This document shows positions 21,758 to 32,821 of a DNA stretch of 64,000 bases, one piece after another; position 1 is the stretch's first letter, and every line of letters starts with the position of its first letter. A program made the translations under genes and the position numbers. Source of the DNA: Zygnema circumcarinatum SAG 698-1b (Eukaryota; Plantae; Zygnematophyceae); the NCBI GenBank assembly GCA_037447605.1, contig CM074804.1:6177909-6241908 (forward strand), given 5' to 3'. Below the pieces are notes generated by a model. That model saw only the letters and a program-made list of their open reading frames with translations, had not been told where the DNA came from and did not search any database.

Positions 21758-23751
21758 CCAACCAGCCACAGACGTGGCCTGTCCTCCGGGAAGAGGGGGA
21801 GGGAAAGTTCACGGCGACCGGTCAAGCACCGCGCGTGCGTTGGGCGGCATTCGGGCGGAGGTTTCTGAGTAGCGGCGGGGAGACCAGGGGCCACCGCGGC
21901 AGCGGGGATCCTTCACAGAGTCTGACCGGCCTCGCCTTGCGAATGTTCGCCCCCGCCCGCCCGCCCGTCCAAGTCCGAGGCGCTGTGCGGTGTGGGTAGA
22001 ACCGCGTCAGTCAGTCGCAATTTCTTGGTTCTCAAAAAAAAAAAATTGCACTTTTCAGAAAGTGCTATTCTCCAACAGTCGGGCAGTTCAAGAAAATAAA
22101 ACGTTCCGGTTCCTGTAACAAAGGTACGATGGCAAAACGTCCGGCCACTCGGAAAACGACAAGCGCAAACAAAGGAATGACGGAATCTTCAACGAGAGCG
22201 CGGGCGGGCCCAGCCGTACGGTTAGCCTCGACGTGTCGCCCTGCCATTTGGCGTCACGTTTTGGCCCAACCATCCAAACGAATGCGACGCCTAACTGTCG
22301 ATCTGCACAAATCACCAAATCTTGCACTCTGTGCTGGCGTTTTCGAAAAACCGCGAAAACATGACAAACAAGTACGACGCCCACGAGGGGAGGCGACGTG
22401 CCGCGCAGGATTGCCCCCCGCGGCCGCGCGCAGTCCTGCCCGCCCTCGCCCGCCCGCCTGCCGCGAAAGTCGCGTGGCGACGTGGCGCGCAGCGGGCGGC
22501 GCGGCGGCGTCCCGGGGAGGCCGCGCCGCCTGCCACGCGCCACGTCGCCGACCGCGTGGCCGCCCCTGCGCGCGGCCATGTGCGCCCTCCACCGGGACCC
22601 GCCTCCCCGCGAGAGCGCGCCACGTGGGCGGCACGCTGGCGGCGGGCGCGTTTTCTCGAGGAGGCGACGCCACGGCGCCGGTCCCGCACGGCCGTACGGC
22701 CGCCCATGTGACGACACCGGCGCGGCGGTAATTACGCATTGTACGGACGGACCGCTTCGGAAAAGCGGACAGTGACGCCGGCCGGCGTCGGTCGGCGCTG
22801 CGCGCCAAAACTCGTAATGGGAATAAGACGAGTCCAGATTTGGAGCCGGCCAATCGGGGCCCGTATACAGATCGTGCTGACGCAGCCTTGTCGCCACGCG
22901 GGCCTGTCTGCGGCTGTGGCCGGAACGGAGGGCTCCTCGCGAACGGTGGCCAAACAGGGCACATGCAAAAATGACGGAACAACAAAGGATGGCACTTGTT
23001 CATTGGTCGAACTTGAAAAGCCTCCTATAGCGACGAGGAGGACAACAAGATAATCACATTCTACACTTTGCGGAAAGATGGGCATTGCTTTCTGAACGCT
23101 GATCCAGTGATCCAGTGTGGTGCTATCATGAGTTCGCTCGGTTTTTTGTTTTTTTACTGTAAAACTAAAGGACTTGATCAAGAAATCTCAAGAGATTAAG
23201 AAGCGATCTTTGGATTGTTTGGCAAGGCCGCACACTAGAAGACTGGCAAACCAAAAGCATAGAGAATATGGTAAACCACGTGAAGCTGCCCCTCCAACCT
23301 CCTCATGGCAGAGTCGCGCCAATTGTAGTGCTCGCGAGTCTTGGAAACTGGAACTGCACCTTCCTGATGCAGACCTTTCATCATCATGTATAGTGTGGCC
23401 CACTCTAAAGATAGCGCAGGCCATTTGCAATTACTGTCAGTGTTTAAGGTTCCTTGGGTTACATATACGTGTATTCCCTACACATGCATGTAGTCTTGTG
23501 CATTCAAAGGTACAATACTCGACAGTTTGCGCCATGGCGATTCCTCAAACCAGCACTTAGTGTGGGCCACTTTCATTGCGGGTTTACACAATTTGTGTGC
23601 CCACACAAAACACGATGAAGTGGGCCACTCTTTTCGAACGTCAAGTGAAATCTGCAGCTTGCAAGCAGCACAGCCGCGTTCAAAAGCGTCCTCGCAGCAT
23701 CGCTGGGACACCACCGCATTGCCACCAAGAATTGCGCAAATGCGAACGAAT

Positions 23752-26700
23752 TCACAATTTTGCATTGGAAGCCGCTGCCTGCTTTTTGCCCTTCTTCTGA
23801 CTCGCCTTCACCTTGGTGAGCCCCGGCGCAGTGAGCTTCACGTTCCCAACCATGGCTGCCACGAGCTCGGGATCGGTCGCCACCTTCATCAGCTTCTTCT
23901 CCTGCGCACTCGCCTCGGGGAGCCGCGAGAAGAGCTCTACCGCCGTCTTGGCAGCTTTGAACACACACCACGCACAACCAAACAGGAACATAGAACGTCA
24001 CCTTCACATTCACTGAAGACGGCCTCTTAAGCTGCGTTGCATGCAACAAATGGGAAACATCACAAGTGGGAACCCTACTGATAAAGACTACGGACGGATC
24101 TGTAGAGCGACCACATTCCGATTTCTGCACGCAAATTTTTCTGTTTGTACATGGAGAGGCATCTCATTACCGGCACCAAGTCCCTCACCTTTGCCTTTCT
24201 TTGCCGAGCCCGGAGTGAGCTTCACCCTGTACTTGTAGCCCTGCAGAGCGCTGTACGGCGCGCACACGGGCACTGCGTAGAGCAGAACGTCGCCCGCTTT
24301 CGGAACTCCTGTGAGCACGTCCTGCTCCTTCAGCTGCCCCTTCTCCGCCTCCCCGAGCTCCTGCACGTTCTCCTCCTCCAGCAACTTCTCAACCTCGGCA
24401 TCGTCCATCCTTTCCTGTGCGTGTAGGCTCACGTCTCCTGTTGGGCCTCCCACGCTACCAACCTCCCCTCCGTCATCTCCTTCAGCTCCGCCATGATTGC
24501 TACTCTCCCCTCCTCCATCTTCATCATCTCCAACAGTTTCTCCCGCATCTGACCTATCAATCTCTCCACCTCTTCCTTCCTTCTCCGACCTTTCTCCTTC
24601 AGCAGGCCGATCGCCTTCTGCAGGATGGCTGCCAGCTGCGGCAGCCATGTCGGTGGGGCAGTCTCGAGCTATATGGCCCTCCCGCCGGCACTTGTAGCAA
24701 ACAATCACATGCCTCATTGGCTCTGCACAGAAAAAGTCCGTTGTCAGGGAACAACGCTTCCGTTCCCTTCGCTTCCCTTTGCATGCATAGATGGAGGGAT
24801 CACCTAAGCTGAATGGATTACGGAAGATAAAAAACCTCTTCATAAGGTCTACACTGTCATCTTAAAAATTGCTGGCGTAGCAGCACGCAAAAAAAACCAA
24901 AGTTAGCGCCTTTTTCAAGTTTCTTTCCCCCTCACTGCACCCGCTTCTGCAGGCAATACCTGTTGCATTTTGTTGGTTTGGTTCAACTTTTCCGCCACCT
25001 ACTGAAGCCGCACGCTCTGGCTCCTTATCTTGACGTCCTGCCGACTGCAGGATCACACCGTAGCACCAAAAATGGAACAACAGAAGATGGAACAACAATC
25101 AGAGCAAACAGCGTCACTACGCCCTCCACATATTCTCTTCCATGCTGTAAATGGGTCAAGTAAATGATGAAGAGAAGCTGGCATGCATCCAAAGCGAGTA
25201 TCAATAGGTAGGCTTTTCTGAAAGTATGTCCACAACAGCTCAACAAAGAAACTACAAAAGTTGACGAATAGGATCATAGTCAAAGTGTGAGCTCGATCTC
25301 AAAAGGCAGATCGGGGCAGGTGACGGCACCCACAGCGAGCAGCGCCATGGTCACTCTCCTTTCCTCCTCGTCCTGCTCGCCGTACTTCTCCTTCGCCCTC
25401 TTTATCTTTCCTCGCTTTCCCCGTCCCACTTTCAACCCTTCCGAATCGCCCTTGCCTCCTCCCTTGTCCCCCTTCACTCCTCCCTCGGCTGCACTCCCTC
25501 CCCTCCGCGCACTTGTACTCGGATCATTCTTTGCAGACTTACCCCTCCTAAGCGCATACCCATTGTCCCTTTCCCCTGTGATCGCGGCCTTGCCCTTCAT
25601 TCCGTTTCTCTCCTGTTCATGATCGGCTTCTTTCTCCTCTTCTCCCACTCCCTTCCCGCCCTCATATTCTATTTGTTCATCCTCATCGTCCTTTTGAACT
25701 CGTCCATCATGCTTTTCCCCTTCCAAAGCATCAACATCTCCCTCCACACTCCACATGGCTCCCTGCCCTCCCCCGCCTTGGTTGTCTCGTCCTTTCCCGT
25801 CTGCTCCTTTCTTTGACTGCTTCCTCTCTGCTTTTGACAAATAGGGCCTCTGTCGATTTGCTATTTGGCGACTCCCAGTCACTTCCTCAACTGTAGTTAA
25901 TCCATCGCTGTCAATAGCATCAGGATCTTCATCAAGACCATACTTATTGTTTCCTCTTCGTTTATACGGCCCATTCGATGAAAATGCCTTATCCAGCAGC
26001 TCATCCAGGTCTGCAGCCGCTACGTTGGACTCGTCTTCTTTTGCTTCTTGATCTCTATCTTTCGCTGCAACCTCCTCCACATCTCTTTCCCTTATCCTCT
26101 CACGTCCATCGTCACTCCCCACCCCTTGCTTAAGTGCTTCGTCGCATCCATCTTTCTGCTCTCCATGGCCTCCTTCCTCTTCCTCACTTCTGCCTCCTGG
26201 CTCGTCCATGCCTTTCAGCTCTTCCTCCGACATACCCACAGCCTCTGCCACTGCATCCTCTTCGTCCATCTCTCCCCTCACTCGTCTCTCATTCAAGTGT
26301 GCAGCCAGTGAGCTTTCCTCTAATCGAAACATGAATGCGAATCCCATAACCAACTGAGTGGGAGGCAAAAAGTTTTTTCTACCACGAATCACGAAGCTGC
26401 CCACAGTAAGGTACTCTCCTGTGGGGGCAGTTTTAGAAACCTGATGCGGATACACCCACCACGCACTTGTGACTATCTTCGAGTCCCAGGCCGCACTGCG
26501 GCACACGGCAAAGGCGCCTGCTTGGTTGAGAGAGAGGGGCGGAATAGGACTGTCAGGATCCCAATTCTTTATCACTGTGCTCGATGCGCCACGGAGGTCA
26601 GCATGCAAATACCTGCAAGCAGACAGGGTACTAAAAGGCCTGAGTTCGTGACCCCAGGGAGCAGGGAGGAAAAAGGCAACAGAACGACAGAAGAGATAAG

Positions 26701-29700
26701 GTCTCCAAAGGATGCAGGATCGAGAGGTGACGAATGAAATGAGTGAGATTTGACATGAACCAAAGGAGGGAGGTGCATGTCTTACAGGTCACCTTTCTTG
26801 AGGTATCGTTTCACAACAAGCTCGTTCTGTTGCGCATCACGGCCGCTAATCACAAGGTAATTCTCACTGGTCACGAACCAGTAGAATTTTTCAAACCAGT
26901 GAACTTTACGAAGGTGAGATATTGCAGCCACTGCCTTCGCCTGACCCCCCACCAATGCAGCATTAGAGCCAGTAACCTATGTTGGTTCAAAATTCCAATG
27001 ACAAGTTTGATTATGAGAATCCTTCGTTTCGGTGCTTCCATGTCGAATGCTTTTCGTAGTTCCACATTCCAATGACAAACGATAGTCACATGAACACAAG
27101 TAGCCACGTTTGTAGCGTCCATGCGCCCCTTCAGAAGGTGAAAAGCCAGATACCATACCTTCCTTGGAGTTCTCTGGACAGCTTTGCCAGAAAGACAGTG
27201 ATGATGTAAACAAAGCGGCAGGCGGAAAAAGGAAACCAGAATGGCACAATAAGGGTGCTGGGGGCGAAAACCTCTTGGGATGTAAAAGGTTACACTAGAG
27301 AGGCAGCGGTTCACCTGAGTCAGCTGCTGCTGGGCTTTCTTCTCTGCTGCAGCAAAGACTTGCTCATGGGCAGCCACCGTCTTCTCCCTCTTCGCTGCGT
27401 GTTTCTTTTTAGCGTCAAACCACATTCGAGCGTTTGCATATGCACTGAGGGAGAGATCCACCTCCACCTGTACTTGCAGCGAGAAGGCATGCAGGGAGGA
27501 GGAGAAGCACGAATGCAGAGTAAGGCGGTAGAATGGAGGAAGACAAGCACAGGGGTGATGCCAACAAATGCGATGCCTCCCCGCGATGTGCAAAACTGCA
27601 CAGGTCTGACCATTGGATCAACCAACGGAGTGGTTGCGAACCATTGACTCGCTACCCGACCAACAATTGACATAGTTCGAACCATTGGTTAGGGAGTTTA
27701 TACATTTGTTTTGTTTTTCAGATATGTAGATCCATGTTAGTTGGCGACGTGATAATTAAAGCACGTCGCTTCCATTGACAACGAGATGTGAGTTCGAATC
27801 CGCTAGTCAGCACACAAAATTTTGGGCTTTCTAGGTAGTGTTTCCAACTATTGCAATCAACCATTGGACTCATCCATTGGTTGCGTCAAATGGTTGGCAA
27901 CTATTGCAATAGTTGCAACCATTGACGCGCGGACTAGCCAACCGTTGGATTCAGTGATTGAGAATCAATGAAATGGTTGCGAACCAAGCAACCATTGGAT
28001 TCAATGGGTGCCAAACATTGGAATGGTTGTGAACCATTGGACGGCCAACCATTGGTCAGCAATGATTGGCCAATGGTTACCGATCCACAGGTCCGACCTG
28101 TGCAAAACTGCACGGGAGATGTCACAGTCTGAAGCCTTCAGCAGCAGGGGAACACATGCCGCTGCAACAAGTGTTGTTGCTGCTGATGATGGTTGACGCA
28201 ACGAAAAAGAAGGGGGAACGGAAGCTACTACCTAAGAAAATAACCGAAGTAGTGGCCGAACGACACGGAAAGCTATAAAGAACAGATCATCCTACACCCG
28301 GGCTTTACCTCTGTAAAAAACAAATTTTCTTTAGCTCATGAAGAAAAAAAAACCCCTCTTCCCACGTCCCTGCAAAGTGGCCGAAACAGACCTTGGCGAC
28401 CGGCGCCGTCTTCTCCTCGTCGTCCATGGCCTCCAGACTGTTGCTGAGCAGCAGCGTGACTCGGCCCCTCTCCAGCTGCAGGCTGTGCACGAGTCCCGCC
28501 ACGGGGTTCCCCGCGCGCGCCTCCTCCTTCACCACGCGTCTGAGCGCCGCCCAGTCGAGGCCCCGCGCCAGCGCGCCGCGCACCGCGAGGAGGGCCGCGT
28601 CCACGTCCGCCGCGTTGCACGCGATCAGCTCCGCGCGCTGCATGGACTCGGCGGCCTCCTGCCCGAGCTGCTCCGCACGCTTCGTCTGCACAGGGAGGGA
28701 AGGAAGGGAAGGGAAGGGCACCCTCGCTGTTACACCCACGCAACGCAATGCTGGGGGCGAAAGGAGCAGGCTCTTTGGCCGCCACTCTTTTGGTTGAAGG
28801 CAGGGGTGGAGGCAAATTCTGCTGCGCAAGCTAGGAAGAAATGAGTGGGGAAGTGGGAAGGCAAACGCTCGTACAGTCGTGTTATTTGGAATAATGAAAA
28901 CTGAGGAGGGGTGTGATTGTGGTTCGCAGAGTTTGGTTATTCGAAAGAACGTGCTTCCTAAGAAGCAAGTCTAGCCGAGATTCACCTGATCGGCTCGGAT
29001 TCTTTCGAGCTTTGACAAGGCCTGATTTTCTGCTGCTGTTCGTTGTTGGACAAATTTTTGGCCCTCAATTTTGGAAAAGAAATCATCGACAGCTGCGTCA
29101 AATGTTGGGAAAGTCAGAGTCTCACGACCCGCGTGTTGGTGCAGGCGGACGGGAGTGAACTCGTCATACATCTGCAGACACGACAAAGCCCGTCAGGACA
29201 CTGTATGACTCCAGAACGGCGAACCTAAACCCCAGTCACCAAGACTTCGAGCACACACACATACATGAATCAGCACCTTCAAGAGCATCGACTGCTGAAC
29301 GACGTGATCCCCATTCCCCTGAGATGTTCACGAAGCTCCACAGTTCATCCAGTGGTGTAAAAACATAATCAGTTGTGGAGCCAAGGAAGAGAAGAAAGGC
29401 TGAAGAACTCATTTCCAAAAGCAAGCACACATCTTCTCTTGAAAGGTTCACCTTCACTTCTTCAAGTTTTTCTGTTGCATGGCCATCGGGCAGCGTTCTG
29501 TTGGTCCCTTTCAACCCCTTGTTTTGAATAGTAATGAAACCTTCCGCCGGAATCTCTCCCGTTGCCACTTGCCCGAGCCACTTTTCAAACCTCCACACCG
29601 ACTCGACGAGGGCTCCAACCTCCTCTTCTTTGAGTCCGCCAATACCCGAAGCAGCGGAAGGCTCCTTCCAAACAGGCGCCCCCGGAGAAAGGCCGGCGTC

Positions 29701-32441
29701 GAGAATAATATGCTCCAACAGGGCTGGCCCATAGCCCAATGCATCCGCCAAAGCATTCTTCAACGACTTTCCTTGCTCGATTTCTCCTCCTTTCCCATCT
29801 TTCTCGCCTTTTCCCTTTTTCGATCGGCCCCGCTTCCCTTCCCCACTCACTCCTTTCCGCCCCTTCCCTCCCTTTTGCTCTCCATCCTTAGCCTGCTTTC
29901 CATCCTTTGGCTTTGTTTCTTCCCATCCAGTGTCCGCTGCCTTTCCCAGCTCACTCACTTCTTCTATAGCTATTCCTTCGCCTGTGTCCTCATTCACGGC
30001 TGCCGCTCCCCCAGTCTCACCCTCTTCAGCCATGGCTTTTGCTTCACACCGAAGGGCCTTCATAATATTCTCTCGCAAAGACATCTCCATCTTGCGACAT
30101 GCCGATATGGGGTACTGCTTATGAGTCATCATCGCAATTCCTGACTCATCATCTCTGCATAACGTCCATGCTACCATCATTAATGAACCTACGGCAAAAT
30201 CAAACGTCTCCTTTCCATGCAGTGTCCTTATTCCTCAAAAAACGAATTAAAGTCGTCACAAAAAAGGCAAGGAGCACTTTCCCAGCACTTCTGAACGGTG
30301 CTCCCAGCCATACTTCAAAGCTGCGAATGGGAGGAGCTCTTATCCTCTTCAATATGGACGCCAAAAAAAAAAACAATGACTTTAGAGGGGCTTGAAGGGA
30401 GCAGCAGAAGCCTACCTGTACGTGCGCAACAGTATCAGAACATTGTAATCGCTGTCGGTAAGCATTATGTTGCCTGAAGCATAAAGCTCAAGGAGTAGGT
30501 GGTGGGACCCACTGCCTACACCAAATTGGAAATCCACAACCTGCCACGAATGAACCTCTTGCCGTAAACACAATATTCAAATACTTGCTGCCTTCGTGCG
30601 TAAACTTGAATCCAGATGGCGAGCATGCGAACAACAGACCTTAAGAGGCATCATGGAGAGCAGTGAATCGTTTAGAACTCTCATTCTTGAACAGCAGAAT
30701 TCCAAGTTTCAGCCCTCATTTCTTATTTACAAAAAAATGGCCAGACAAGCGAAAACGCCAAATCGCTATACCCGATCAATCCCCAACTGCCGAACATCCT
30801 CCAATCGTTTTGCACGTATGTGTTTCCTCAGCTTCAAGGTAAACCCCGAGGGGGTTGCACTCTTATCCCTGATTGGGCGCCAACATTCCAAAACCACAAA
30901 CTCCAAGTAAGGTCAGCCAATCTTTGTCTGGAGTATGGAAACGGCTGCGAGTGAAGATGGTCGTGGCCAAAGACATCACGATAAAGAGAAGATAAAGATA
31001 AAGGATAAAGGGGGAGAGCGGAAAGGCTAAAATTGAAGGGAATTGGAAGGGATAGTGGGTTACATTTAGGGAGGATAAAAGGTTAAATAAGGAAGAAAGG
31101 AGCGAACAGGTAATAAAGTGGAAAAAATGGAACCGTCGCCTTGGAAAATATGCCGGAACCTAATAAATGCCAATGGGTCCCGTTACAACCAGGACTTAGG
31201 AGTTGATTTGAGATGGAGAGTGCATTTAGGTTTAGATTTAGATAGGCAGCAGCCTAGAAGACCGATTTTGCAGAAACAGGGCCAAAATGGCAACAAGGTT
31301 TGAAGTATCTGAGTTTCACCTGGCAAACTGTGTGGTGTGAACACGAACACCACTCTCCAGCAAGACGAGAACTTTTTCACTCTCTCCACTGTCCGTCACT
31401 CCACTGCTCTTTGCCAGCTTGAGGAGATAAGTCTGCACTCGACCAGCAACAAAGTAAACTTGTCAGAAAAATTCTGGCATGCCCTTTCGTGTTCGCAAAG
31501 GTAAATGAAAAAAAAGGTCAATGAAAGGTGAATGTAAGTGGTTATTTCTTCATTACGTTGTCCAAACTAAAGATAACTTTGGTTGTAAATAAATAAAGAA
31601 CGCCGTGGTCTTGAACATTCAGTGACAACACCTGCGACCGTTTTGAACAAAAACCCATTGACAGCTGATCGATTGCAATGAAATGGAATGTTATTAAACT
31701 TTGAAAATGTCAAGCTTACCCATACACAGTCTTGCAGCAACCACTGAAAGACATCCAAATTTCCGAATTCAAACCTTACAATTTAAAAATTCTTACCATT
31801 CATTGATTACTAAGATTTTTTAAATCCCTAAAGTCTAATAAATTCATTCATCGAATTATATTCCAAACTCACATATTTCATAACGAAGGGAAATATCTTA
31901 TACGTTTTATTTATAAATCCGTCAGCTATGTCATTTACACATAAGCTAGCTTCATGCCAGGCTCGTCCCATGCCCCTCCCTTGCCTCCGTGAATAAAGTT
32001 TAAAATCATTCCTTTACTAAAGCCCCCCCTAACGTGTGTAACTGTAAAAGCAATTGCTCCACCACCCTAGGACAGACAGAATTCCAGAAAGTTTAAGTAT
32101 GGAGGCTATATCCATGCTGCAAGGTTTTCCAATTGAGCCATCCGTTGCCACTCTCCCAGCAAAATTCTGATGAGTTGCAACAAAACAATTTGCCTCACGC
32201 TCCCATTCCCGCTCTATGCCTCTCTCCATTCTCCTCTTCCTCTCGTCCAGTCTCCCTCTCTCACCCTCTCCCTCTCCCTCTCTTCCCGTCCTTTCACCTC
32301 TCACCGCCTCTCGCCGGGTGGGCCTGTCTGGCTTGCCTTGGGATTGAGATCGTAGACGTTGGCCAGGCGCATGCCAATGAGGCGGCGCAGGAACGCCACC
32401 TCCGCCGCCACGTCAGCGGTGCTCATGCGGGCCTTCACCAT
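23752..32441 (-). CDS. NEMF: NEMF/RQC2 ribosome quality-control subunit with plant-type zinc knuckle; 13 exons: 32337-32441, 31320-31432, 30772-30868, 30416-30540, 29452-30154, 28986-29171, 28392-28685, ~27315-27467, ~26786-26945, ~25335-26613, ~24950-25050, ~24189-24725, 23752-~23960
   Basis: [163 protein letters not shown]. Confidence 0.96.
27599..28102. mobile_element. Non-autonomous hAT-type MITE (504 bp) in NEMF intron 7
   Basis: Imperfect 21-bp TIR (CACAGGTCTGACCATTGGATC vs CACAGGTCGGACCTGTGGATC, 18/21), 8-bp TSD CAAAACTG (27591-27598 and 28103-28110), and about 10 subterminal (A)ACCATTGG repeats. Confidence 0.88.
27740..27812 (+). pseudogene. Degenerate tRNA-like cassette (possible Gly-TCC anticodon loop) inside the MITE
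   Basis: 73 nt; partial acceptor stem GTTGGC/GTCAGC, D-stem GTG/CAC, stem GTCG/TGAC around loop CTTCCAT, and B-box GTTCGAATCC. The A-box GG is missing and the T-stem is broken. Confidence 0.4.
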
Positions 32442-32821
32442 CCTGCCACCCCTGTCCCTCTGCGCCGCAGCACGGCGCCGGCGCGCGCAGGGCCTCCTGC
32501 TCCTCCTGCTCCTCCTCCTCCTGCTGCTGCTCCACTCCGCTTGAGCACTGCCGAGCAACGCCTACTCCCTCCCGCCCCCTCCCCTCCTGCAGGCGACCTC
32601 GGGCCGCCCCGGCGCCCAGACGCTCCGACCTGTACGGTCGCGAGAATTGGACCGAGCGAGCTACGGATGGCGCGTAGTAATAATAATAATTACCAAAGTG
32701 GGCGCCCGCCTCGCGGAGGGAGATATGGGCCGTGTGGCGGAGTGAGCGAGAGCGAGAGAGAGGCGCGGGCGAGCTCAGAGCAGAAAGCCGGAGGTCGCGC
32801 TGTGGCGGGGAGCAGGCAGCC
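32442..32821. promoter_or_regulatory. GC-rich bidirectional promoter region shared by NEMF (-) and FLVB (+)
   Basis: 380 bp between divergent ATGs, CpG-rich, with G-rich leaders facing each gene and GTACGG at 32632. Confidence 0.6.

Noticed and set aside
22088-23003. Overlapping 130-270 aa ORFs (likewise at 4560-5241, 10356-10943, 20873-21429, 32133-32994, 40331-41168)
   Set aside because: These are Arg/Ala/Pro/Gly-rich ORFs on both strands, as expected from stop-poor GC-rich DNA, with no domain motifs.
22966-25092. 27-bp similarity between ~22966 and ~25066 (caaaaat..ggaacaaca..gatgg.ac)
   Set aside because: It is short, A-rich and without element boundaries; chance or an old micro-repeat.
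27599-28102. AACCATTGG repeats as a CRISPR-like array
   Set aside because: The units are 9 bp, irregularly spaced, in both orientations and inside TIR/TSD boundaries, and there are no cas genes; they are subterminal transposon repeats.
30925-31187. Purine-rich LTR-like insert in NEMF intron 2
   Set aside because: TG/CA ends can be drawn, but there is no TSD or second copy.
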